Shown here piece by piece: positions 1 through 9,897 of a stretch of DNA of 64,000 bases. The notes beneath the pieces were generated by a model, which was not told the origin of the DNA, ran no database searches, and worked only from the letters and a program-made list of their open reading frames with translations. The stretch comes from an uncultured Acidimicrobiia bacterium (GTDB taxonomy: Bacteria > Actinomycetota > Acidimicrobiia > Acidimicrobiales > AC-14), in assembly GCA_963836205.1 (NCBI GenBank), contig CAWIIV010000015.1, positions 32,001 to 96,000 of the forward strand, given 5' to 3'. How positions within the stretch are numbered: the first letter of the stretch is position 1; every line of letters begins with the position of its first letter. Both the position numbers and the translations under genes were made by a program.

Positions 1-1
1 G

Positions 2-241
2 CAGGGCCCCACGGAGGCGCTGCGGTGGGTGTTCCCATCCGACAGGTCCATGCACGTCCGGGGCCTCGCCGTCGACATGGGCGACAGGCCGGCCGCCGAG
101 TGGCTGGGAGACCACGGCGCTCGGTTCGGCCTCTGCCGCACCCTCGCCTGGGAGTGGTGGCACTTCGAGTGGCGCCCCGCGTGGGAAGCCTTGTCGACCT
201 GCCCCGGACCCGTCGACGACCCAGCGGACGCCCCCGCCTGA
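2..241 (+). CDS. M15B (VanY-like) D-Ala-D-Ala carboxypeptidase, 5'-truncated by window edge
   Basis: SMHVRGLAVD (SxHxxGxAxD) and EWWH motifs; frame open from position 2. Confidence 0.8.
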   Translation, partial: QGPTEALRWVFPSDRSMHVRGLAVDMGDRPAAEWLGDHGARFGLCRTLAWEWWHFEWRPAWEALSTCPGPVDDPADAPA

Positions 242-324
242 GTTCGAGATCCATCTGGACCCGGGAGGCCCGCGCCTCGACGAGAACCGGCAACGCCCGC
301 GGGCGCGCGCCGACTCAGCCGACT

Positions 325-648
325 TCAGCAGTCGAGGGTGATGCCGGCGGTTCGACAGATGTCTCGAGCGCGATCTTGACCCAACGCACCGATCCGGTGA
401 ACGAGCATCGCCTTGGGGAACGGCTGCAGATTGTCGAACGAGGCCGCCGACTGCTGCGGGAGGCCCTCTGCCTCGCCAAGAGGTAGCTCGCTGGGAACAC
501 CGCGGATACGGCTGGTGACCGGCGCGACCAGGACCCGCTGCATCACGCGGTTGGCGGCGTCCCGGCTCACGACGAGAAAGGGCCGGCCCTTCTCCTCCGG
601 AGTCTCACCCCACCAGACCTCGCCTCTCGCTACCACCACTTCTCCCAA
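325..648 (-). CDS. mazF: PemK/MazF family toxin
   Basis: RGEVWW..GRPFLVVSRD..VLVAPVTS pattern; overlaps upstream antitoxin; exact start uncertain. Confidence 0.85.
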   Translation of the reverse strand: MGEVVVARGEVWWGETPEEKGRPFLVVSRDAANRVMQRVLVAPVTSRIRGVPSELPLGEAEGLPQQSAASFDNLQPFPKAMLVHRIGALGQDRARDICRTAGITLDC

Positions 649-890
649 GGTTCGTCGTCGATCGCCTGCGTCGCCAGGCGTTTCGCCTCCGCCAGCTCGC
701 TCTCGGACTCCGGGGCCTGTCGATAGCCGTCGGTGTAGGCCTGCTCCAGGGCATCTCGTCGCTGCCCTGAGACGACCATCTCCACCCCCCGCCGAACGGC
801 CGATGAGCGGCTTGGGTAAAGCCCCTGAGCAACCAGCTCGTCGAGTTCGCGTACCAGCCCATCTGGCAGCTTCACGGCAATCTGCGTCAT
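630..890 (-). CDS. Ribbon-helix-helix antitoxin
   Basis: MTQIAVKLPD..LDELV..YPSRSSAVRRGV RHH pattern; directly upstream of toxin. Confidence 0.8.
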   Translation of the reverse strand: MTQIAVKLPDGLVRELDELVAQGLYPSRSSAVRRGVEMVVSGQRRDALEQAYTDGYRQAPESESELAEAKRLATQAIDDEPWEKWW

Positions 891-896
891 TCCTTG

Positions 897-922
897 AGTA
901 TACCGATGGGTATCACCATCGG
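897..922 (-). promoter_or_regulatory. TA promoter -10 (TATACT) with inverted-repeat operator
   Basis: TATACT 6 nt before the ATG; CCGATGG-N6-CCATCGG at 903-922. Confidence 0.6.
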
Positions 923-1096
923 AACCACCGCGACTGAGGTGTCGCTGCAGATGGCCGCTGTCACGCCGAGAATTGCCGGCGGGGCAGTGCCTATCGGGCT
1001 GACCGCGGCTGGCTCGCGTCGCGGCGCGCCTCCCGGTTGACGATCAGGGGCTGCGGGAACATACGCGCCACGCGGACAGGGTCCTACGGAGGCGAC

Positions 1097-1258
1097 ATGA
1101 CTGAGCGGCCGAACAAGACGCAGCCGGCGGACGAGCCAGGCGGCACCGACAAGGACGGCGACGACCGGAACGGCGGCACCATCAACGATCCGCTCACCCG
1201 GCGGGATGTCAAGGCGCCCCGCACTCCGTTCCAGTCCAACCCTCCGACGAACGGCTGA
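1097..1258 (+). CDS. Small hydrophilic hypothetical protein (53 aa)
   Basis: GGAGG RBS before ATG 1097; GC3-rich codons. Confidence 0.45.
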   Translation: MTERPNKTQPADEPGGTDKDGDDRNGGTINDPLTRRDVKAPRTPFQSNPPTNG

Positions 1259-1574
1259 TCCGCCGGCTCTGGGCGCGGCGGGCCCGGTCTCGGCGTGTCG
1301 AGCCCGCCTGCGCCGCTCGCGATCGTCGGCGGATCGCCGGGCGAGTCGAGGCATCCCTGGCGCGAACCGCCAGAGGGACGTGAGGCGACGGTGTCGTGAC
1401 GACGCCGGCCAGCCGGGCAGATTGGCGCGCTCGCGGGCCGGGCGACGCCCTGGGCCTCGCCGAAATCGCGTCGAGGAGCCGGCGCTCCTTCTCGGTAAGG
1501 GAGATTTGGTCCGCAACGTGAGGTACGGCGGCATCACCTGTCCCCCCTCCGCCGCGAACGCCCTTGCCGAAGCT

Positions 1575-1593
1575 TAGGATACTGAGTATCCTA
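1575..1593. promoter_or_regulatory. Palindromic operator upstream of PadR
   Basis: Perfect TAGGATACT-G-AGTATCCTA palindrome 30 nt upstream of padR. Confidence 0.65.
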
Positions 1594-1622
1594 CTCCGTA
1601 TGGTCGAAGGTTCGAGCTGGCG

Positions 1623-2219
1623 ATGAGTGTCCGTCACGCGCTGTTGGCGCTGTTGAGCGACGGGCCGAAGTACGGGTTGCAGCTGCGGCACGAGTTCGAG
1701 GCCCGCACCGGGGAGGTGTGGCCGCTCAACGTCGGGCAGGTGTACACGACGCTCCAGCGGCTGGAGCGCGACGGCCTGGTGGCGTCCGACGGCGAGGTCG
1801 ACGGTCCCCAGAAGGGCTACACCATCACCGACGACGGCCGCCGGGACCTGATGGCCTGGTTGCAGACGCCGCCCGAGATCGTCCAGCCGCCGCGGGACGA
1901 GCTGCTGATCAAGGTGCTGGTGGCGGTGCAGGTGCCGGGGGTGGACGTGCACCACGTGGTCCAGGTCCACCGCCGCCACCTGATCGAGCTCATGCAGCGC
2001 TACACGGCGGTGAAGGCCGACGCCGCCGAGGACGACTTGGCCCTGGCCCTGGTGGTCGACGCCGAGCTGTTCCGGATCGAGGCGGCCGTGCGCTGGCTGG
2101 ACACGGCCGACATCCGGCTCCGGAAACACGCCGAGCGACCGCCGCAGCCGGCGGCCTCGCCGACCAAGCCGCCGCCGTCCCGGGTGGGCCCGACCGGCCG
2201 ACTGGCGGTGCGGTCGTGA
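1623..2219 (+). CDS. PadR family transcriptional regulator
   Basis: LLALL..GPKYGLQL..GQVYTTLQRLERDGLV..YTITDDG. Confidence 0.9.
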   Translation: MSVRHALLALLSDGPKYGLQLRHEFEARTGEVWPLNVGQVYTTLQRLERDGLVASDGEVDGPQKGYTITDDGRRDLMAWLQTPPEIVQPPRDELLIKVLVAVQVPGVDVHHVVQVHRRHLIELMQRYTAVKADAAEDDLALALVVDAELFRIEAAVRWLDTADIRLRKHAERPPQPAASPTKPPPSRVGPTGRLAVRS

Positions 2220-2949
2220 CCACGATGCTCGAGCTGCGGCAGGTGTCCAAGACCTACGGCGAGGGCCAGACCGAGGTGCACGCCCTGCGGGAGGTCGACC
2301 TGGCCGTCGCCCGGGGTGAGCTGGTGGCGATCATGGGCCCCAGCGGCTCAGGCAAGAGCAGCCTGCTCACCATCGCCGGCAGCCTGGAGGATGCGACCAG
2401 CGGCGAGGTCGTGGTCGACGGGGCCCGGCTGGAAGGGATGAGCCGCAAGGAGCAAGGCCAGCGCTGCGACGCCGGTCGATCGGCTTCGTGTTCCAGGACT
2501 TCAACCTCCTGTCCGGGCTCACCGCGCTGGAGAACGTGGCCATGCCGTTGGAGCTCGACGGCACCGCCGCCCGTGCGGCCCGCCGGGCAGCCGGGGCCGC
2601 GCTCGACGACCTGGGCCTTTCCGATCGGGCCTCGCACTTCCCCGACGACCTCTCCGGCGGCGAGCGCCAGCGGGTGGCCATCGCCCGGGCCATCGTCGGC
2701 GAGCGCCGGCTGCTGTTGGCCGACGAGCCCACCGGCGCCCTCGACTCGGTCAACAGCGAGTCGGTGATGCGGCTGCTGCGGGACATCACCCGTCGGGGCG
2801 CGGCCGCGGTGGTGGTCACCCACGACGCCCAGCTGGCAGCTTGGGCCGACCGGGTGGTGTTCCTCCGCGACGGACGGGTGGTCGACCAGACCGGCGCCCC
2901 CGCGGGTCCGGAGTCGCTGCTCTCGGCCGGACTCCGACCGCGGCCGTGA
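2216..2949 (+). CDS. ABC transporter ATP-binding protein (LolD/MacB-like), frameshifted near 2450-2462
   Basis: Walker A GPSGSGKS in one frame; IGFVFQ, LSGGE, LLLADEP and VTHD in another; GTGA overlap with padR. Confidence 0.85.
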
Positions 2950-5396
2950 GCATCGACCGGCGAGGCTCAGGCCCCGGACGGCGGGCGGTGCTGCGCTGGG
3001 CGTGGCGGATGTTCCGCAAGGAGTGGCGGCAGCAGCTCCTCGTCCTCAGCCTGGTCACCATGGCCGTGGCCGCGGCCGTGGCCGGGGCCTCGATGGCGGT
3101 CAACGCGGCGTCGCTGAGCCGGGACAAGATGGGGAACGGAGCCGGGCGCATCCAGATCGACGGCCGCGACCCGGCCAAGGCCCAGGCCGACGTGGCCGCC
3201 GCCCGCCAGCGGTTCGGTGTGCTGGAGGTCATCGGGCACACTCCCGTCGCCGTCCCGGGGTCGGCCGAGCCCCTCGACCTCCGGTCCCAGGACCCCGAGG
3301 GCGGGTTGGGTCGTCCCCTGCTGGCCCTGCGGGACGGGCTTTTCCCGCTCACCAGCGGCGAGGTCGCCCTCACCGACGGCGCCGCCGACCGGTTGTCGAC
3401 CGCCATCGGTGAGGTCGTCGAGCTCGGCGGCCGCACCCTGATCGTCGTCGGGAAGGTCGAGAACCCGGCTGACCTGGCCGACGACTTCGCCCTGGTCCCG
3501 CAGGAGGCCGGTGCGCCCGCCGACACGCTCATCCTGCTGCTCGAGTCGGTCGACCGCAACCGCGCCCAGACGGCGGCGCCTCAGGCCGGATCGGCCCCGA
3601 GCTCGCCGTCGTTCCGACTCGAGGTCTTCGGCAACGAGAAGCAGGCGGTCGTGGCCTTCGTGTTGATCGTGGTGACCCTGGCCATGGCCCTGGTGGCCTT
3701 GATCGCAGCCGCCGGCTTCGTGGTCGTCGCCCACCGCCGCCAGCGCCAACTCGGGCTCCTGGCCGCCCTCGGGGCGACGGAGCGGCACCTGCGGCTGGTG
3801 ATGCTGGCCAACGGCGTGATCGTGGGCGTCGCCGCGGCGGTGGTCGGTGGTGCGCTCGGCATCCTCGGGTGGATGGTGGCCGCGCCCGCGGTAGAGGCCG
3901 CCGCCGGGCACCGGATCAACCGGTGGGCCCTGCCCTGGGGGCTGATCGGCGAGTGCCTGGCCCTCGCTGTGGTCGCGGCCGCGGCCGCCGCCTGGTGGCC
4001 GGCCCGGGCCATGTCCCGGGTGCCCGTCATGGCCGCCCTGTCGAGGCGACCGGCCCGCCCCGCTCCGGTGCACCGATCGCTCGTCCTGGCCGTGGGCCTG
4101 CTGGGGCTGGGCGTGGCCGCCATCGTGGCCGCCGACCCCAACGGCGACGTCCGCCCCCTCGTGCTGATCGGCGGACTGGTGACCATGATCATCGGCCTGG
4201 TGTTCGCCGCTCCGGGGGCGATCCGGGCCCTGGGTGCGGTCGCCGGGCGCCTGCCGTTCGGTCCTCGCCTGGCCCTGCGCGACCTCGTCCGCCACCAGGC
4301 CCGGACCGCAGGCGCCCTGGCCGCCATCACCCTCGGCCTCGGCATCGCCGTCTCCATCGTCGTCCTGGCCGAGATCAACGAGTACCGGCCTGACGAGGGC
4401 AACCTTTCGAGCCGGGCACTGCTCGTGCAGGTCGCGGGCGACCAGCACGACTCGCTCGACCCGACCCTCACACCGGCCGCCCGCCGCCAGCTCGACGCCG
4501 ACGCGGCCGCGATCGCGTCCGCCGCCGGCAGCCATGAGGTGGTGGCCCTCGAGGTCGCCCTGAACCCGGCCACGCGCGACGACAACGCGGTCGGGGAACC
4601 GGTCGGCGTCCTCCGCCCGATCAATCGGGGCTACCGCGGTGTCGACCAGCCCTACGTCGCCACACCGGCGCTCCTGGCCCACCTCGGGATCGATCCCGGC
4701 TCGATCGACCCGGCGACGGAGCTCCTCACGTCGCTGCCCGACCACCCGGGACCGCTGCTCCTCGTCGACATGAGCGTCCGCCCCGAAGGCAGGGAGCGCC
4801 ACACCGCCGTCCAGGAGGTGGACCTGTCCGACTACTCGTCCACCCCCCGGTCGCTGATCACCGAGCACGCCATGGAGGAGCACGGCTGGGTCACGGCCCC
4901 GGCCGGGTGGCTGGTGGAGTCCGCCACCCCCTTCACACCGGCGCAGGTCAGTGCCGCCCGCGAGGCCGCGGCCGGGGCCGGCTTCACCGTCGAAGCCCGT
5001 TCGGCCCAGGACGAGCTGGCGGCGCTGCGCACGGGGAGCACGGTCGTCGGTGCCCTGCTAGCCCTGGCCATCGTGGGCATGGCCATCGGGCTCCTCCGAG
5101 GGGAGGCCGCGGCCGACCTCCGCACGCTGACCGCCACCGGCGCAACCTCCCGCACCCGGCGGGCGCTGACGGCGAGCACCGCCGGTGCGTTGGCGCTGCT
5201 GGGGGCGGTGCTCAGCATCGCCGGGGCCTATGCGACCGTCGTGGCCGCCTATCACGGCCAGCTCGACCGCCTGCTGCCCCTGCCCCTCGGCCACCTGCTG
5301 CTGCTGGCCGTCGGCCTGCCCGCGGTGGCCGCGGGAGGGGGCTGGCTCCTCGCCGGTCGGGAGCCGCAGGCCTTCGCCCGACAGGCGTCGGACTGA
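2946..5396 (+). CDS. FtsX-like ABC permease
   Basis: Two TM clusters with RQRQLGLLAALGA / LRTLTATGA motifs; GTGA-coupled to ATPase. Confidence 0.85.
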   Translation: MSIDRRGSGPGRRAVLRWAWRMFRKEWRQQLLVLSLVTMAVAAAVAGASMAVNAASLSRDKMGNGAGRIQIDGRDPAKAQADVAAARQRFGVLEVIGHTPVAVPGSAEPLDLRSQDPEGGLGRPLLALRDGLFPLTSGEVALTDGAADRLSTAIGEVVELGGRTLIVVGKVENPADLADDFALVPQEAGAPADTLILLLESVDRNRAQTAAPQAGSAPSSPSFRLEVFGNEKQAVVAFVLIVVTLAMALVALIAAAGFVVVAHRRQRQLGLLAALGATERHLRLVMLANGVIVGVAAAVVGGALGILGWMVAAPAVEAAAGHRINRWALPWGLIGECLALAVVAAAAAAWWPARAMSRVPVMAALSRRPARPAPVHRSLVLAVGLLGLGVAAIVAADPNGDVRPLVLIGGLVTMIIGLVFAAPGAIRALGAVAGRLPFGPRLALRDLVRHQARTAGALAAITLGLGIAVSIVVLAEINEYRPDEGNLSSRALLVQVAGDQHDSLDPTLTPAARRQLDADAAAIASAAGSHEVVALEVALNPATRDDNAVGEPVGVLRPINRGYRGVDQPYVATPALLAHLGIDPGSIDPATELLTSLPDHPGPLLLVDMSVRPEGRERHTAVQEVDLSDYSSTPRSLITEHAMEEHGWVTAPAGWLVESATPFTPAQVSAAREAAAGAGFTVEARSAQDELAALRTGSTVVGALLALAIVGMAIGLLRGEAAADLRTLTATGATSRTRRALTASTAGALALLGAVLSIAGAYATVVAAYHGQLDRLLPLPLGHLLLLAVGLPAVAAGGGWLLAGREPQAFARQASD

Positions 5397-5530
5397 CCTG
5401 GGCTCCACCTGGAGTCCGAGGATGCGGTGCGGGCGGCGCCTCTCGAGGGGCCCAGCAAGGCTTGTGCCGCGTCACAATCGGAGCGAAACTGGCAATTCCG
5501 GGGGACACCCCGCACGGCGAGAGGGATGAA

Positions 5531-7267
5531 ATGACGGCGGACGGCGGATCGATTGGAAACTGGCTTTGGCGTGCCGCGACGGCGCTCCTCGTACGAAACG
5601 TCATCACAGGACTCGTGTGCCTGGGCGTGCTCCTCCTGCCAGCGACGACCAGCGTCGCTCAGGCTCCGTTGCCGCCAGGTGGGCCGATGGCGCCAGGGGT
5701 CAAGGCCGGCCCCAGTCCGGCGGTCACCCCCACCGCAGCCCAGCAGCAGAGCGCAGCGAACACCGTGATCGGGTTCGACGACCTTCCACAGGACGGGCCG
5801 GTGGGAGTCGTGATCTCCAGCCAGTACCCATCGGTGACGTTCTCGTCCACCCCCGGGAGCGTCAACTATGTATCGACCCAGCCGGAGTACCAGGCGTCGC
5901 CGCCCAACTTCCTCTGCAGCGGGCCCGCCTCGCCCCGCACAATCAACTGCCAGGACGAGACGATTCTCGACTTCACCAGTCCGGCGAGCGGCCTGACCTT
6001 CAAGGGAGTCGGGATCAACGACACCGGTCAGGTCGCCAGCGTCGATGTGTTCCAGGGCGGCACGCTGGCCGCGACGGTGCCGGTGATCGGCCACGCCACC
6101 CTCTACGACGCCGAGCTACAGGACCTCACGGCCTTCGGTGGAGTAACTCGCATTCGCATCCACAACATCACCGACGGGGCTGGGATTGGGTGGGACGACT
6201 TTGCCTTCAACGCCAGCGGCTGCGAGGTGCAAGTCGACGGCCTGGCCGAGCGCGACAATCCGTGCAACGCCGTTCCCAATACCAAGCCGACGCCCGCCAA
6301 GCGCCTGTACGTCTCCGTCGAGAGCAGCGGCCGCGTCCAGCTCCAGCTCAAGACCTCCTCCATGAGTGGTGACTCCGTGTGGGGGCTCAAGGACGGCACG
6401 AGCCTTCTCCCCGAATCCGGGCGGATCCAGGCAGGCGGCATCACCAACGTCGACTTCACGCCGACCCGGAGCCTCGGCCTCTACACCCTGGCCGTCGGCT
6501 GCGACGAGAATGGCGACGGCCGACTCCAGGCCAGCGAGATCGATCCCTCGCTCGACGCCAATGCCCATCCATTCACGATCCAGGCCATTACCGCGGCGGA
6601 CTACGCCTCGGCTCGGTTCTTCCTCGGAGTCGCAGCGAACGTCCCCGGATCGATCTCGGCGAAGCTGCTCCGTGCCTTCCTCGACGGGGTGGCACCGGCA
6701 GGGAGCAGCCCGAACGGCACGGTGCCGGTGGCAGCGGCGAGGCGAGATCTGACCCATGTCGCCGGTGAGCATTTCGGTGCCGGGTGTATCGCAACTGCGA
6801 GACGGTTCACGTTCTACGAGAACTCCGACGTCTCCCGCGGCGTGGAGGTGTCGCAGGGCTTCAGCGGCGCCCTGCGATCCTTCGTCCGTGGCAAGAAAGC
6901 CGAGGTCCAGGCCTACTTCCAGATGTCGTTCCTTCCGGTGTCGACGTTCACCTGGTCGTGGAACGGGACAGTTGGTTTCGGTGCATTGGAACCCGATCTG
7001 CTGCTGGCGTTCGGGACCGCGACGATGACGGCCACCGTGACTGCCGTCGTCCGCCGCGACCTGACCGTCCAGCGAGTGGTCACCACCGGCGCGCTGACCG
7101 ACATCTACGACTTCAACTTCGAGGGAAGCCCCGGGCCGCTCGTGCAGAGGGCGGCGACCGTCGAGATCGGGTGGAACGCCACACCGGCCAACACGGCCGG
7201 GCGGATCTTCGTGCCTCAGGTCCGGCTGGCGAGCAACCGCGTCGACATGGCGGACGCGCTCCGGTAG
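5531..7267 (+). CDS. Secreted multi-domain hypothetical protein
   Basis: GAGGGA RBS; hydrophobic signal ending SVAQA; Pro-rich linker; beta-rich domains. Confidence 0.75.
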   Translation: MTADGGSIGNWLWRAATALLVRNVITGLVCLGVLLLPATTSVAQAPLPPGGPMAPGVKAGPSPAVTPTAAQQQSAANTVIGFDDLPQDGPVGVVISSQYPSVTFSSTPGSVNYVSTQPEYQASPPNFLCSGPASPRTINCQDETILDFTSPASGLTFKGVGINDTGQVASVDVFQGGTLAATVPVIGHATLYDAELQDLTAFGGVTRIRIHNITDGAGIGWDDFAFNASGCEVQVDGLAERDNPCNAVPNTKPTPAKRLYVSVESSGRVQLQLKTSSMSGDSVWGLKDGTSLLPESGRIQAGGITNVDFTPTRSLGLYTLAVGCDENGDGRLQASEIDPSLDANAHPFTIQAITAADYASARFFLGVAANVPGSISAKLLRAFLDGVAPAGSSPNGTVPVAAARRDLTHVAGEHFGAGCIATARRFTFYENSDVSRGVEVSQGFSGALRSFVRGKKAEVQAYFQMSFLPVSTFTWSWNGTVGFGALEPDLLLAFGTATMTATVTAVVRRDLTVQRVVTTGALTDIYDFNFEGSPGPLVQRAATVEIGWNATPANTAGRIFVPQVRLASNRVDMADALR

Positions 7268-7289
7268 CGCTGAGCGCTGGTAACTGCCC

Positions 7290-7575
7290 ATGCTGAAGGG
7301 CGGCGTCCTAGAGGTGACCGACCGCCGGATCCTGGAACACGAGTGCGTCGGGACCGTCGAGGCCATCGGGGCCGAGGTGGAGACGGCGAAGGTCGGCGAC
7401 CGGGCGTTCGACTCCCGACGAACCGGCCCGCGTCGAGCTGCTGGCTCCGACGAGGCCGGGCAGGGACGCAATGTCGTCCATTTCGCCGCCAGGCGGGACC
7501 AGGCCGAGGAGGCCTACGACGTGTTCGCCCGCGCCGCCGAGACCGGCGCCCTCAAGGTCGTGCTCGCCGGGCCTG
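7290..7575 (+). pseudogene. Zn-dependent alcohol dehydrogenase remnant (internally deleted)
   Basis: ILEHECVGTVEAIG..KVGDR (GHE motif decayed) joined to C-terminal EAYDVFARAAETGALKVVL. Confidence 0.6.
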
Positions 7576-7644
7576 AGCCCGAGGCGGCGTCCGGGGCGAT
7601 CATCGACGTGGGCCAGACTGGGCGTCGAGGCAAGGAGAGCCGCC

Positions 7645-8135
7645 ATGGAGATCGTTCGCAACGCGGATGGCACCCTCGTCGTTCCGGTGAGAGTGGAACG
7701 GCAGCACGATGTCGAGGAGGGTGACGGCGCGTCGTCCGTTGGCGGCGAGGGAGAGGCGACACGCAGATCGATGCTCCGCCCCAGACCCGGGTGATCCATC
7801 CCGGCGAAGGTGGGTACGACGAGGCCCTGGCCGAGTGGGACCTCCAGCAGAACCCCGACCGCGCGCCGGTGGTCTCGACGGCATCCGGTCGGGAGCAGGC
7901 CATGGCGATCGTGCACGCGGTGGCCACGTCGCCCGACCATTCGGTCGCGGCGGCGGTGGAGGCGGTCGATGATCCCGAGGCCAGCGGCGAGGCCTTGCGC
8001 CACGTTCTCGTCGGCGGCGTGCACTCGGTGGAGGACTTCGCGGCCGAGGTCGCGAAGGCCGAGGGCGGCGACCCGCTTCCGGCGCACCAGACGACGAAGA
8101 TCATCGGTGAGGTGCTCTCCGAGCTCGATTCCTGA
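7645..8135 (+). CDS. Hypothetical protein, probably one gene split by a frameshift (7645-7794 / 7791-8135)
   Basis: AAGGAG RBS before ATG 7645; second frame reads ..QTRVIHPGEGGYDEALAEWD. Confidence 0.5.
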
Positions 8136-8280
8136 CAGGCTGGCGGCCTGGCGTCGGGCGCGTCGGCCAGACTGGGGCCGCGTGGGGGCGATGAGATGCG
8201 GGCCGCGCCTTCCGGCCGGGCGGCGCGAAGAGACGGCCGGGGGCCGAGACCGGTCGCATGGCACCCGGCTGGTGGCGGCG

Positions 8281-9897
8281 ATGGCCGTCTGCGTCCTGGT
8301 GGTCGGAGTGGCCGGGCTGGTGGGTTGCGTGCGGGCGCCGTCGGCGTGGGCCCACGCCGGCCTGCGGGACTCCGAACCCGCAGCCGGGGCCGTTCTCGAC
8401 GTCGCCCCGTCGACGATTCGGCTCACCTTCGTCGAGGAACCCGTACCGTCGCTGGCCGTGATCCGGGTGCTCGGGGCGGGAGGCACCTCGTATGCCACCG
8501 GTCCCCCGCTGCCGCTCCCTGGCGTGGAGTGGACGTTGGCCGTGCCCGTGCACCTGCCCGACCGCCGGGTGTACACCGTCACCTGGCACGTCGTGTCGGC
8601 CGTCGACGGGCACCCGAGCTCCGGTTCCTTCGCCTTCGGCGTCGGCGTGCCCGCGCCCCAGGGGGCAGCCGCCGCCAGCTCGTCCTCGTCGACCTTCGAC
8701 CTGTCGCCGCTGGGGGTGCTCGCCAGGTGGTTCTTCGCCCTCGGGCTGATCGCCGTTCTGGGGGCGTCGACAGCCCGCCTCCTAGGCTTCGCAGGAACGG
8801 GACCGGCGGCTTCGGCCCTGGGCGGCGCCGGCCTGACGGCGGCGTGGATCGGCCTGGTCCTGCTGGCCGAGGCCCAACGGCGGGCGGCGGCGGCGTCGTG
8901 GGGCGACCTGTTCGACACGTCGATCGGCGACGCCCTCGCCCGGCGGGGTGTGGCCCTAGGCGTGGTCCTGCTCGGGCTCCTGCTGGCGCGGTCGTCCCGG
9001 CCTGTGCTCGCCCGCCGAGGAGCGTGGGTCGTGGTGGCGGGGGCCTGCGCCGCCTTTGCCGTGCATGTCGCCGCCGGCCATGCCGGTGCCCAGGACGACC
9101 TCCGGTTGGCGAACGTGGCCACCCAGTGGGCCCATGTCGTCGCGGTGAGCGTGTGGGCCGGCGGTCTCGCAGCCCTGTTGCTCGGCGTCCGAGGCGCTCC
9201 CTCCCCGGACCGGGCGGACTCGGTGCGCCGCTTCTCGCGGATGGCCGCGCCGGCGCTGGCCGTCGTCCTCGTGACGGGGGTCCTGCGGGCGCTCGACACG
9301 GTCCCCGCCTGGGGCGACCTGGCGTCGACCGGCTACGGGCGGGCGGTGGTGGCGAAGTTGCTGCTGTTCGGGGGGATCGTCGGGCTGGCCTGGACCAACC
9401 GCCGGCGGGCCGTGCCGGTCGCGGCCACGACCCTGCGCCTGCTTCGCCGCCTCGCGGGCGGTGAACTGGCGCTGGCCGTCGCCGCCCTCGGTGCGGCCGC
9501 CCTCCTGTCCAGCCTCCCGCCACCGTCGGCGCTGGCCGAGGTCGAGCGTCCGGGCCTGACCGCCAGCGGCACCGATGCCGCGTTGACCGTGCAGGTCCGG
9601 CTGACCGTGGCCACTGCCGTCCCCGGACCCAACCGCTTCACCGTTCGCGTCACCGACTACCGGACGGGGCGGCCCATCGTCCCCGATCATGTGTCGCTGC
9701 GATTCACGGCCCTCGACGACCCGTCGGTCCCGCCGACGGCCCTCACCCTCAAACCGGGCTCGGACAAGACCTTCGAGGCCGCCGGGAACAACCTGTCGGT
9801 CGGCGGTCGCTGGGCCGTCACCGCGGCCGTGGATCGGGGGCGGGAGGTGGCGTCGGTCCGCCTCGACGTCGAGATGAGGCGGGCGCCGCCGGCGTAG
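8281..9897 (+). CDS. Copper resistance CopC/CopD fusion protein
   Basis: AWAHAGLRDSEP..VTWHVVSAVDGH (CopC); GHA, HVVAVSVWAGG, RFSRMA, TGYGR..KL (CopD); start uncertain. Confidence 0.85.
   Translation: MAVCVLVVGVAGLVGCVRAPSAWAHAGLRDSEPAAGAVLDVAPSTIRLTFVEEPVPSLAVIRVLGAGGTSYATGPPLPLPGVEWTLAVPVHLPDRRVYTVTWHVVSAVDGHPSSGSFAFGVGVPAPQGAAAASSSSSTFDLSPLGVLARWFFALGLIAVLGASTARLLGFAGTGPAASALGGAGLTAAWIGLVLLAEAQRRAAAASWGDLFDTSIGDALARRGVALGVVLLGLLLARSSRPVLARRGAWVVVAGACAAFAVHVAAGHAGAQDDLRLANVATQWAHVVAVSVWAGGLAALLLGVRGAPSPDRADSVRRFSRMAAPALAVVLVTGVLRALDTVPAWGDLASTGYGRAVVAKLLLFGGIVGLAWTNRRRAVPVAATTLRLLRRLAGGELALAVAALGAAALLSSLPPPSALAEVERPGLTASGTDAALTVQVRLTVATAVPGPNRFTVRVTDYRTGRPIVPDHVSLRFTALDDPSVPPTALTLKPGSDKTFEAAGNNLSVGGRWAVTAAVDRGREVASVRLDVEMRRAPPA

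Noticed and set aside
9877-9897. RAPP at the CopCD C-terminus as an arrest motif
   Set aside because: No co-oriented downstream gene to regulate; R/A/P are common in GC-rich sequence
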